Positions 1-8,900 of a stretch of 64,000 nucleotides of DNA are shown here, piece after piece (within the stretch, counting starts at the first letter, position 1; every line of letters begins with the position of its first letter). The notes below the pieces were generated by a model. The model worked only from the letters and a program-made list of their open reading frames with translations. It made no database searches and had not been told where the DNA came from. The DNA is from Polyangia bacterium (lineage in GTDB: Bacteria; Myxococcota_A; Polyangia; Fen-1088): contig DATJWP010000136.1 of assembly GCA_035578045.1 (NCBI GenBank), positions 3,975-67,974 of the forward strand. The letters run 5' to 3'. The position numbers and the translations under genes were made by a program.

Positions 1-1690
1 TGCCGAGCCGCTCGCCCAGCACCGCCTCGACCGCCGTCTCCAACTCGGGAGGCGGACGCATGATGTCGGCGACCAGCCCCTCGATCCCGCGCGTCCCCTG
101 CCCCTGCTGGTGCTCGCGCATGATCGCGCGCACGCCGCTCTGGAAGCGCTCGTAGCGCTCCTGGATCTCCTTGAGCGAGGCGAGCCGGGAGCGGCGCCGG
201 TGCCCCTCCTCGCGCAGCGTCTCCAGCTCCAGCTCGCCGCGCCCCAGCTCGGCGCGCACGGCGGCCAGCGCCGCCTCGTCGTCGGTGACGCGCTGGCGGG
301 CCACCTCGACCCGCACCGCGATCTCGTCGACCTGCTCCTGCAGCGCGGTCTGCTCGGCGACCAGCGCCGCCAGCCGCTCGGAGGCCGCGCCGTCCTCACC
401 GGCCAGCCCGCCCAGCCGGCCTCGCAGGTCCTCGCGCCGGTTCTCGGCGGCCGCGCGCTCGGCCTCGATGCGCGCGATCCGCGCCGTCGCGGAGCCCATC
501 TCGCCCAGTGCCGCCTCCAGCGCGCGGCGCGCCTCGGACAGACTCTGGCGGCGGTTCTCTTGCACCGCCGCCTCTTCGTCGTGCTCCTGCCCGCGCCGTT
601 CGGCGTCCGACTCGATCTCGGTCAGACGGTTGCGGATCTCGTCGATGTCGCCGGCGCGCACGACCGCCCGCGCCCGCAGCTCCTGCGACTCCTGCGTCGC
701 CGCGGCCGCCCGCGCCCGCAGGCCGCTGGCCTCGGACTCGTGGTGCGCAGCCCGCTGCATCCCCAGCTGCGCCCGGTTCGAGAGCGCGAACAGGTTGTCC
801 TTGGCGGTCGCCAGCTCGGCGGCCTCCTCGGACGTCGCCAGGCGCTGAACTTCGACCGCGGCCTCCTCGGCGGCCAGCGTGGTGGCCTGATTGTCGTGCA
901 GCTCGCGCACCTCCGCCAGCTCGGCGTTGGCCGACTTCTCGTCGGCCAGGTGCCCCAGGTAGCGCTGCGCCGACGACCAGAGGTCCAGGTCGCGCAGCTC
1001 GGACTTGTAGCGCTTGTAGCGTTCGGCCTTCTGGGCCGCCAGCCGCAGCGAGCGCAGGCGCCCCTCGATCTCGGTGACCACGTCGGAGACCCGCAACAGG
1101 TGCTGGCGCGTCGAGTCCATCCGCTTCTCGGCCGCCTTCTTCTTGGCCTTGTAGCGCGTGATGCCGGCCGCCTCGTCGATCAGGCCGCGGCGATCCTCGG
1201 CCCGCGACGACACGATGAAACCGATGCGCCCCTGCTCGATGATGGCGTAGGCCTTCGACCCGACGCCGGTGCCCAGGAAGAACTCGACCACGTCACGCAG
1301 GCGCGAGGGGACGCCGTTCAGCAGGTACTCGCTCTCGCCGTCGCGGTACAGCCGGCGCGTGACGACGATGTCCTCGGGGGCCGCGATGCCCCACGGGACG
1401 CCGCCCGGCGCCGCGTCGGCGCCCAGGCCGAGCGCATCGAACGTCAGCGACACCTCGGCGAATCCGGCGGGCCCGCGGCTCTCCGAGCCGGCGAAGATCA
1501 CGTCCTCCATCGCCCGGCCGCGCAGGTGCTTGGCCGACTGCTCGCCCATGACCCAGCGGATCGCATCCACCACGTTCGACTTCCCGCAGCCGTTCGGGCC
1601 GACGATCGAGGTGATGGGGTCGGGAAAGCTGATGCTGGTCTTGTCGACGAACGACTTGAACCCGCAGATGTCGATCCGCTTGATCTTCAA
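1..1690 (-). CDS. smc: Chromosome segregation protein SMC, N-terminal part (gene continues beyond window start)
   Basis: My own minus-strand translation starts at TTG 1690, with GGAGG 5 nt upstream. It reads LKIKRIDICGFKSFVDKTSISFPDPITSIVGPNGCGKSNVVDAIRWVMGEQSAKHLRG, an SMC head with Walker A GPNGCGKS. A long E/R/A/L coiled coil follows. The gene is missing from the ORF track because it is cut by the window edge. The 110..2155(+) ORF is its antisense shadow. Confidence 0.9.
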   Translation of the reverse strand, partial: MKIKRIDICGFKSFVDKTSISFPDPITSIVGPNGCGKSNVVDAIRWVMGEQSAKHLRGRAMEDVIFAGSESRGPAGFAEVSLTFDALGLGADAAPGGVPWGIAAPEDIVVTRRLYRDGESEYLLNGVPSRLRDVVEFFLGTGVGSKAYAIIEQGRIGFIVSSRAEDRRGLIDEAAGITRYKAKKKAAEKRMDSTRQHLLRVSDVVTEIEGRLRSLRLAAQKAERYKRYKSELRDLDLWSSAQRYLGHLADEKSANAELAEVRELHDNQATTLAAEEAAVEVQRLATSEEAAELATAKDNLFALSNRAQLGMQRAAHHESEASGLRARAAAATQESQELRARAVVRAGDIDEIRNRLTEIESDAERRGQEHDEEAAVQENRRQSLSEARRALEAALGEMGSATARIARIEAERAAAENRREDLRGRLGGLAGEDGAASERLAALVAEQTALQEQVDEIAVRVEVARQRVTDDEAALAAVRAELGRGELELETLREEGHRRRSRLASLKEIQERYERFQSGVRAIMREHQQGQGTRGIEGLVADIMRPPPELETAVEAVLGERLG

Positions 1691-1919
1691 ACTCACCTCC
1701 GCGTTGGGTCAGGGCCCCGTTGGGTCGCGGCCATACGTGAGATGTATGGTCACGGCAGCGAAACCTTTGTAGCACCCGAGCGGGTGTTCTGTAAACAGCG
1801 TCTACCAGCGTCGCGCTTCTGTCGCGAATGCGCAAATTCCTGGGCCGAAACCGGCGCCAAACGCTGCGCGGGCGCCGCGTCGGGACGCGCACGTTTCGTG
1901 ATAATCTCCCACCCCCTCG

Positions 1920-3260
1920 ATGGACCTCTCATCAATTCATCTCAGCCCCACCGAGCTCTACGAGCTGATCGGTGTGGTCGGCGGCCTGGGCGTGACCGGG
2001 ACGCTGGGCGTGCTGTTCGTCCGCCGCGCGCGCGCCGCACGCCGCCGTCAGATCGAAGAGGCGGGCGAGGGACCGCCCGCGCTCGCCGAGGAGCGCGCCG
2101 CCAGGCAGGCGCCCGAGCCGGAAGCCGAGCAGGAGCGCCCCGCCGAGCCGCGTGAAGAGCGCGGGCGGCCGGCGCCGGCCCGCGCCAGCGGCGCCGCCCC
2201 GGCGCGCGCGCCCGAAGCGCGTCCGACACCGCCCCCCTCCCCAGCCCCGGAGCCCGAGCCGCGCTCCGCGCAGGTGATCCCGTTCCCCGCCCCGGCGCCC
2301 CAGCCCGAGCCCGTTCCCGCGCCCGCGCCCAAACGGCGCGAGGCGAGCGCGCTGGCCCCCGGCCTGGCGCGCACCCGGTCGGGGTTCGTCGCCCGGCTGG
2401 GCGCCATCTTCTCGGGCCGGAAGCAGCTGGACCCCTCGATCGTCGACGAGATCGAGAAGGTCCTGCTGACCGCCGACATCGGCGTGCGCACCAGCCAGAG
2501 CCTGCTCGAGGAGATCCGCACCTCGCTGTCGCGCAGCGAGCTCAAGGATCCCGACGCCGTCTGGGCCTTCCTGCGCCGCCGCAGCACGGAGATGCTGTCG
2601 CTGCCCGCGCCGGAGATCGACTTCGGCGCCGCCAAGCCGTTCGTGCTGCTGATCATCGGCGTCAACGGCAGCGGCAAGACGACGACCATCGGGAAGCTGT
2701 CGGCCAAGCTGGCCGCCGACGGCAAGAAGGTCATGCTGGCGGCCGGCGACACGTTCCGCGCCGCCGCGGCCGAGCAGCTGGAGATCTGGGCGGGCCGGAC
2801 CGGCGCCTCCATCGTGCGCGGCAAGGAGGGGGCCGATCCCTCGTCCGTGATCTTCGACGGCGTCAAGAAGGCCGCGACCGAGGGCTACGACGTCGCCATC
2901 GCCGACACCGCCGGCCGCCTGCACACCAAGACCGACCTGATGCAAGAGCTCCAGAAGGTGCGCCGCGTGCTCGGCAAAGCGGCGCCGGGCGCCCCGCACG
3001 AGACCTGGCTGGTCATCGACTCGACCAGCGGCCAGAACGCGATCGCCCAGGCTCAGATCTTCACGGAGGTGATGGCCGTTTCCGGAATCGTGCTGACCAA
3101 GCTGGACGGCACGGCCAAGGGCGGCGTCATCCTGGGCATCGCCGATCAGCTCAAGATTCCGGTCCGGTACGTCGGGGTCGGCGAGAGCGTCGACGACCTC
3201 CGCCCCTTCGATCCCGCTGAGTTTGTTGAGGCACTTTTCGCCCCGCTCGAAACCAGCTAG
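1920..3260 (+). CDS. ftsY: Signal recognition particle receptor FtsY
   Basis: The NG domain carries [21 protein letters not shown] and [11 protein letters not shown]. The N-terminus has a hydrophobic segment followed by an acidic, Pro/Ala-rich A-domain. Confidence 0.95.
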   Translation: MDLSSIHLSPTELYELIGVVGGLGVTGTLGVLFVRRARAARRRQIEEAGEGPPALAEERAARQAPEPEAEQERPAEPREERGRPAPARASGAAPARAPEARPTPPPSPAPEPEPRSAQVIPFPAPAPQPEPVPAPAPKRREASALAPGLARTRSGFVARLGAIFSGRKQLDPSIVDEIEKVLLTADIGVRTSQSLLEEIRTSLSRSELKDPDAVWAFLRRRSTEMLSLPAPEIDFGAAKPFVLLIIGVNGSGKTTTIGKLSAKLAADGKKVMLAAGDTFRAAAAEQLEIWAGRTGASIVRGKEGADPSSVIFDGVKKAATEGYDVAIADTAGRLHTKTDLMQELQKVRRVLGKAAPGAPHETWLVIDSTSGQNAIAQAQIFTEVMAVSGIVLTKLDGTAKGGVILGIADQLKIPVRYVGVGESVDDLRPFDPAEFVEALFAPLETS

Positions 3261-3310
3261 TTTCGCGGGGCGATCCGCCAGTGCACCGCACCGCAGCTCA
3301 GCAATTTTAG

Positions 3311-3340
3311 TTGCTTGGAAAATTTTACGCATGCTATAGT
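3311..3340 (+). promoter_or_regulatory. Sigma-70-like promoter candidate (TTGCTT-18 nt-TATAGT) in an AT-rich island upstream of the beta-barrel gene pair
   Basis: TTGCTT lies at 3311-3316 and TATAGT at 3335-3340. Region 3261-3434 is conspicuously AT-rich against the GC-rich background. The ATG is at 3435. Confidence 0.35.
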
Positions 3341-3434
3341 GCGCGAAATTCCGAGCCGGGCCGTAAGTGTTTGAAATTTTTTGGCTTTTAGCCCCTTCGG
3401 CGGTTTTCCCCACCCCCAGAGACAGCGAGGGATC

Positions 3435-4394
3435 ATGAAGCGACCGGCCATCAGCCTACTCGTATGCGCAGCCCTGGTCGGATGGGCCGCAACGGGGCAC
3501 GCGAAGAAGGGCGGCGGCGGGAAGGCAGGGACGGATACGGGAACGGACAGCAGCGGCGACGTCGCACAAGCTGGTGACGCACCCGCTGGCGATCAAGCAG
3601 GCGCCACAGACCAGAGCGCGGCCGGCGGCAAGGACTCGGCTGCACCCAGCGAGAGCCTGGAGGGCGAAGAAGCCCAGCCTGGCAAGGTCGAGGAAGACGT
3701 CGGCGGCGCCAAGGCGACCGTCAAGACCACGACCTTGAGCTGGAACGACATCGTGGTCATCCCCCGCAAGGCCTTCTTGAAGGGCGGGCGGCTCGAGCTA
3801 CAGCCCTTCACCGGGATCACGATCAACGACAACCTCATCCGCCACTACGTGGTGGGGGGGGACATCAACTACTTCCTGACCGACGTCTTCTGGGTCGGGC
3901 TGGAGGGTCAGTACTACATCCACCAGCTCACCAACGAGGAAGAGCTCCTGGGGAGCGAGTTCAACCTGGCTCCCACGCTGAACCAGTACCTCTACGGCGG
4001 GGCCCTGAACTTCGGGTACGTCCCGGTCTACGGCAAGTTCGCCTTCTTCAAGTCGATCGTCAGCTGGGAGATCTGGGCCTCCGCCGGCATCGGCGTGACC
4101 TGGACCAAGGTCATCGCGCGCGACCCGGCCAACGATGCGGTCGCTTTCACCAACACCGACCTGACCCCCAACGTGGGGCTCGGAAGCCGGTTCTTCCTGC
4201 TCGACTGGATGACGGTCAACTTCGGGCTGCGCGACTACATCCTGCCCGACAAGTTCGAGCCGAAGCCAAACACGTACTCGACGGTGGCGGACGCGAAGGC
4301 ACACGCGCAATCGGCGCTGGTGAACAACGTCATGTTCTCCGTCGGCATCGGGATCTATCTGCCAACGAAGTTCCAGTACAAGACTCCTCGGTAG
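3435..4394 (+). CDS. Secreted outer-membrane beta-barrel domain protein (myxobacterial type), paralog 1
   Basis: Signal peptide MKRPAISLLVCAALVGWAATGHA, then a Gly/Asp/Ala-rich spacer. The C-terminal region has alternating aromatic/hydrophobic beta-strand patterning and ends in F-Q-Y-K-T-P-R. The start was moved from the track's 3381 to the ATG at 3435. Confidence 0.75.
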   Translation: MKRPAISLLVCAALVGWAATGHAKKGGGGKAGTDTGTDSSGDVAQAGDAPAGDQAGATDQSAAGGKDSAAPSESLEGEEAQPGKVEEDVGGAKATVKTTTLSWNDIVVIPRKAFLKGGRLELQPFTGITINDNLIRHYVVGGDINYFLTDVFWVGLEGQYYIHQLTNEEELLGSEFNLAPTLNQYLYGGALNFGYVPVYGKFAFFKSIVSWEIWASAGIGVTWTKVIARDPANDAVAFTNTDLTPNVGLGSRFFLLDWMTVNFGLRDYILPDKFEPKPNTYSTVADAKAHAQSALVNNVMFSVGIGIYLPTKFQYKTPR

Positions 4395-4404
4395 GGCGGC
4401 GTCC

Positions 4405-5313
4405 ATGCACAAGAACGCGGATCTCAACTGCCTCGTGACCCGGCGCTCGGAAAAGGACATGCCCATGACCAACCTGCCCAAGCTGCAAGCACGCTACGGT
4501 GGACGCAAGCGATTCGCGATGTTCCTGGTCGCGGCCGTTGTGACCGCCCTGCCGCTGGCCGCCCAGGCGCAGCGCAAGAGCCCGCTCGCTGACGCACCGG
4601 CCATCCGCAAGAAGTTCGAGCTGCGGGCCACCCGCCTCGAGGTCGGCGCCGGCATGGGCTCCACGATCAACCAGGATTACTTCCACTCCATTTTCTTCGA
4701 CCTGCGGATCGGGTTTCACCTCCTCGACTCGCTCGCCATCTCCGGCTTCGGCGACTTCGCCGTCGCGAACGTCGAGACGACCTTCCAGTCGAACGTGGTG
4801 AACTCGCTCTACGACACGCCCATGGCGGGCCATCCGGCGTCGGAGCCGACGCGGGCCGACGCCGAGCGGTCGATGCAGAAGATCAAGGGGATGTACGGCG
4901 TGCAGCTCGAGTGGGCGCCCTTCGCGGGCAAGTACTCGCTGTTCGGCAAGCTCTTCGCCCACTACGACTTCTACGCCCTGGGCGGCCTGGGTCTCATCAA
5001 CGTCGCCCCCGCCGATGCGGGGATCGCGCCCTGCGCGAGCACCAACGACGCGGCCGGCCCCTCGCGGTACTACTGCGGCGTCACCGGGACGAAGGTCGGC
5101 GGGACGTTCGGCGTCGGGTTCCACTCGTACTTCAACCACTGGCTGGCGCTGAACGTCGAGCTGCGCGACATCCTGGCCAAGCTGAACCCGTCCGGGCGCG
5201 ACACCAACGGCGACCTGCACGCCACCAGCGACGACCTGACCTGGACCCACACCATCTCGGTGGGCGCCCAGCTGGTCTTCTACCTTCCCGCAACCCCCGG
5301 CATCTCGCCCTGA
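4405..5313 (+). CDS. Secreted outer-membrane beta-barrel domain protein, paralog 2
   Basis: Signal peptide ...RKRFAMFLVAAVVTALPLAAQAQ. It shares blocks with the upstream gene (YGKFAFF vs AGKYSLFGKLF, and GxG...NV.LRD). The start is uncertain: ATG 4405, 4459 or 4465, with AAGGA lying 7 nt before 4465. Confidence 0.75.
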   Translation: MHKNADLNCLVTRRSEKDMPMTNLPKLQARYGGRKRFAMFLVAAVVTALPLAAQAQRKSPLADAPAIRKKFELRATRLEVGAGMGSTINQDYFHSIFFDLRIGFHLLDSLAISGFGDFAVANVETTFQSNVVNSLYDTPMAGHPASEPTRADAERSMQKIKGMYGVQLEWAPFAGKYSLFGKLFAHYDFYALGGLGLINVAPADAGIAPCASTNDAAGPSRYYCGVTGTKVGGTFGVGFHSYFNHWLALNVELRDILAKLNPSGRDTNGDLHATSDDLTWTHTISVGAQLVFYLPATPGISP

Positions 5314-5342
5314 GCGAGCGCCCGCGCAACGGAGACGGCGGC

Positions 5343-5555
5343 ATGGCGTCCCCGAAGAAGAAGGTCACGCTCTACTTCAGCTCCGTGGTCCTGGGGGAGA
5401 CCCACCAGGAGGCGATCCGCCAGGACCGGTCCATCTCCTGGATCATGCAGGCCGCCTGGCGGCTGGCCCGCGAAGAGGTCCGGCGGCTCCCCGACTACCG
5501 GCAGAACGGCGGCGAAGCGCCCTCTTCCAGCAGGAAGCAGGTCGAGTCGCTGTAG
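5343..5555 (+). CDS. Small (70 aa) ribbon-helix-helix-like protein
   Basis: MASPKKKVTLYFSSVVLGETHQEAIRQDRSISWIMQAAWRLAREEVRRLP shows a basic beta-strand followed by two helices, as in CopG/Arc-type RHH proteins. It is embedded in the tail of track ORF 4911..5555. The last ~60 nt overlap the convergent gene at 5495..5893. Confidence 0.5.
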   Translation: MASPKKKVTLYFSSVVLGETHQEAIRQDRSISWIMQAAWRLAREEVRRLPDYRQNGGEAPSSSRKQVESL

Positions 5556-5893
5556 TCGCCCCCGGGCGTCCGGTAGTAGATCAGGATCTGATCGTCGACG
5601 TTGCCGTCCATCTGCGGCGCCATGAATGAGCCGTCGCTCTGGGCGGTCGCGATGACCCCCGACGCCAGGCGCTGGTTGAAGACGTAGAAGGTCGCGTTCG
5701 CCGCCTGCTCGATCGGACCGCCTTGCGTGGTCCAGAGCGTCCGCTGGGCGCCGCCGGCATCCGTGATCGTGGCCGGGATGAAGGTCACGGCCGCGGGCGG
5801 CGGAACGGTCAGGATCGGCGCGACGCAGGACCAGAGGCCGAGGGCCCCGGGGACCAACACCGCGAGTCTGAGCCAGCGCACGATCCTGGTCAT
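5495..5893 (-). CDS. Small lipoprotein, unknown function
   Basis: Starts at ATG 5893. The sequence MTRIVRWLRLAVLVPGALGLWSC has a lipobox-like LWSC. No recognisable domain. Confidence 0.6.
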   Translation of the reverse strand: MTRIVRWLRLAVLVPGALGLWSCVAPILTVPPPAAVTFIPATITDAGGAQRTLWTTQGGPIEQAANATFYVFNQRLASGVIATAQSDGSFMAPQMDGNVDDQILIYYRTPGGDYSDSTCFLLEEGASPPFCR

Positions 5894-5912
5894 GGTTATC
5901 CGCCTGGAAGAA

Positions 5913-5928
5913 TGCAACGGCCGGGCCG
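5913..5928 (-). promoter_or_regulatory. Sigma-54 (-24/-12) promoter candidate CGGCCCG-N4-TTGCA
   Basis: The minus strand reads CGGCCCGGCCGTTGCA against the consensus TGGCACG-N4-TTGCW. The GG and GC have correct spacing, and 10 of 12 specified positions match. The site lies between the stop of the sigma-54 activator gene (5999) and the ATG of the small lipoprotein gene (5893). Confidence 0.35.
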
Positions 5929-5998
5929 CCCCGAAGGCCGCGGGCGCCGCCGGCTGCCGGCGCCTGGCCGACAACCAGGTTGGCAACCGCGGCAACCA

Positions 5999-8900
5999 CT
6001 AGACGGCAAAATTGTACCTCTTCAGCTTCTTCTGCAGGCCGAAGCGGGAGAGGCCCAGCATCTCGGCGGCCTTCGTCTGGTTGTTGCCGGCTCGCCCCAG
6101 CGCCTCGCGGATCAGCGCGCGCTCGAGCCGCTCGACGCGCGGCTTCAAAGCGACGTTGTCGGCGTCCTCGACCGGCATCACGCCGGCATCGGCGGCGGCG
6201 CCGACGCGCGGGGACAGGTCGGCCGCGCCGATCCGCTCGCCCGACAGGGCCTCGGCGCGTGTGACTTCGTTCTCGAGCTCGCGCACGTTGCCCGGCCAGC
6301 GGTAGGCCAGCAGCCGGGCCATGGCCGCCGGCTCGATCGGCTTGGGCGGGCGACCGACCCGCGCGGCGATCTTCGCCAGGAAGTGATCGATCATCAGCGG
6401 GATGTCGTCCCGCCGGTCACGCAGCGGCGGCAGCGCGATGGCGGCCACGTTCAGGCGGAAGAACAGATCGCGCCGGAACTTCCCCTCCTCGACCATGCGC
6501 GCCAGGTCGCGGTTGGTGGCTGCCACGATCCGCACGTCGACCTTCCGCGTGCGTTCGCTCCCGACCCGCCGGATCTCCCCCTCTTGCAGGACCCGCAGCA
6601 GCTTGCCCTGCATGGCGGGCGACATCTCGCCGACCTCGTCCAGGAACAGCGTACCGCCGTCGGCCACCTCGAACAGCCCGCGCGTGTCGTGGTCCGCCCC
6701 CGTGAAGGCGCCCCGCACGTAGCCGAACAACGTCGACTCGAGCAGGGTCTCGGGGATCGCGGCGCAGTTCTCGCCCACGAAGGCGCGGTCGCGCCGCGGA
6801 CCGTTGGCGTGAAGCGCGCGCGCCACCAACTCCTTGCCGGTGCCGCTCTCACCCTGGATGACCACCGGCAGCGTCGTGTCGGTGATCCGGTCGATCAGCC
6901 GGAACAGATCCAGCATCCGGGGGGTGCGGCCCACGATGTTCCGGTAGTCGTAGCGGACCGCCAGCGCCTCGCGGCTCTCTCGCAGCTCGGTCTGGATGCC
7001 GGAGATCTCCTCACGCCGGACCGCCAGCTCCGCCTCCAGCCGGCGGTTCAGCGCCTCCACCTGGCGTTCGCGCCGGCGCAGCTCGGCCAGCAGGCGCGCG
7101 TTCTCCAGCGCGATCGCCGCCTGCTCGGCGAAGTCCAGCACCAGCCGCACGTCCTCTTGATCGAAGGCGCCCTTGCGCAGCCGGTGATCGACGTAGATCG
7201 TCCCGGCCGGGCGCCCCTTGATGACCAGCGGCACCGCCAGCACCGATCGCAGGTGCAGGTCGGAGACCGACATCGCCTCGCGGAAGCGCGCGTCCCCGGC
7301 CGCGTCGATCGTGACCACCGGCTCGCCGCCGGTGGCGGCCTGGCGCGCGATCGAGCGCGACAGCGCCAGCTCGTCGGTCTCCAGCGTGCGCTGGTCGATG
7401 TTGCGGGCCACCTTGATCTGCAGCTCTCGGTCGTCCCCCTCCAGCAGCAGGAACCCGCGCTCGGCGTCGGTGAGCTCGATCACCGTATCGAGGATCATCT
7501 CGAGCAGGCGAGGCAACCGCAGCTCGCTGTTGAGGCGCTTGTTGATGCGCAGCAAGCGGCGCAGGCGCGCCTCGGCCGCCTGCGCGCGCGCCGCCAGCAC
7601 GCCGTCCCCCGGAGCGGCAGCGGGGGACAGCCAGGCCGTATCGGGGTCTTCCGCCAGCGCGGCCCTGTGATGCTCTGGTGTGGCCATGCGAACCTCCTCG
7701 AACAGTCGGCGAGCGAGCTCGAACGAATCTCCAGCGGGCAGTCCGGCGCGTGCGGCCACCGCCCCGGCCAGCGCGGCCAGCCGCCAGGCCGCCGGACGCC
7801 GCCCCTGACCGGCGGCCGCTCGCGCGAGGCCCGCCAGCCGCTCGACCAGCGCGCCCACGCTGGCTGGACCGGCGGCCGTGCCCGCGGGCAGCGCCCCGGC
7901 CAGCGCCAGCACCCCTTCCGCGCGGGCGAGCGTCGCGTCGGTCTCGGCCGCCGTCCCCCGCAGGTCGCGGGCCTCGTCCAGGACCCGGCGGGCCGCCGCC
8001 AGGTCACGGCGCGCGGCCAGGACCTCGGCCTGCGAGGCCGCGGCCGCCGAGGCCGACGCGGGATCGCCGGCCGCGTAGTAGCCGGCGCGGCTCTCCGCGT
8101 AGCGTGTCGACGCGCCCTCCGGATCGCCGGCTCGCCGCGCCAGATCCCCCTCGACGAACGAGGCGGTCGCGGCCGCCGCCGCGGCGCCCGACGCGCGGGC
8201 CAGCGGCGCCGCGCGGTCCAGCGCGCGGCGCGCGGCCGGGAGATCGCCCAGCGACACGAACAGGTTGGCCGAGTTCACCAGCGCGGGCAGCAGCTCGGCG
8301 GAGGCGCCCAGGCGCCCCAGCTCGCGCACGGCGCGCGCCGCCGCGGTCAGCGCCTCGCCGTAGAGCCCCTCGTCGATGAGGAGCCCGCCCAGGTTCAAGG
8401 CGACGGCCGCCAGCGTGTGGATGTCGTCGGCCCCCGCCGCCAGCTCGTAGGCGCGCCGGTAGGCGTCCCGGGCGCCGGGGGAATCGCCCCCGAGCTGCGC
8501 GAGCAGCCCGGACAGGTAGGCCCGGCGGGTCTCCCCCAGCCGCGCCGGCAGCGCGCCCAGCCAGCGGCGGGCACCGGCCAGATCGCCCTGGTAGGCGCAG
8601 GCCAGCAACGCCGTCTCGATGGCGACCGCCGCGGCCGGGTCGGCCGCCCCGACCAGACCCTGGGCCAGGGGCGCCACGGCGGCGACAGCCTCTCGATAGC
8701 GGCCCGCCGTCACCAGCAGCCGCCCCAGACGCGCCCGCAGCGTCCGCCCGGGCTCGTGCTCCACGGGGAACCGGGGCAGGCACTCCTCGAGCGTGGCCCG
8801 GGCTTTCTCGAGCTCGCCCCGCCGGGCCAGCAGCCAGGCCGTGCGTTCCAGCGCCGTGGCGACCTCGACGTCCGTGGCGGCGCTCGCCCGCGCGGCCGCC

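Noticed and set aside
110-2155. 681-aa plus-strand ORF (and nested 171..848, 508..1077, 1269..1772)
   Set aside because: Its composition is R/A/L/G/P-rich nonsense with no motifs. It lies exactly antisense to a clear smc reading frame (Walker A, coiled coil) and runs into the ftsY promoter region. It is a high-GC shadow ORF.
3317-3332. Sigma-54-like spacing TGGAAAATTTTACGCA upstream of the beta-barrel genes
   Set aside because: Only about 7 of 12 consensus positions match, and the same DNA is better explained as the spacer of a TTGCTT-18-TATAGT sigma-70-type promoter.
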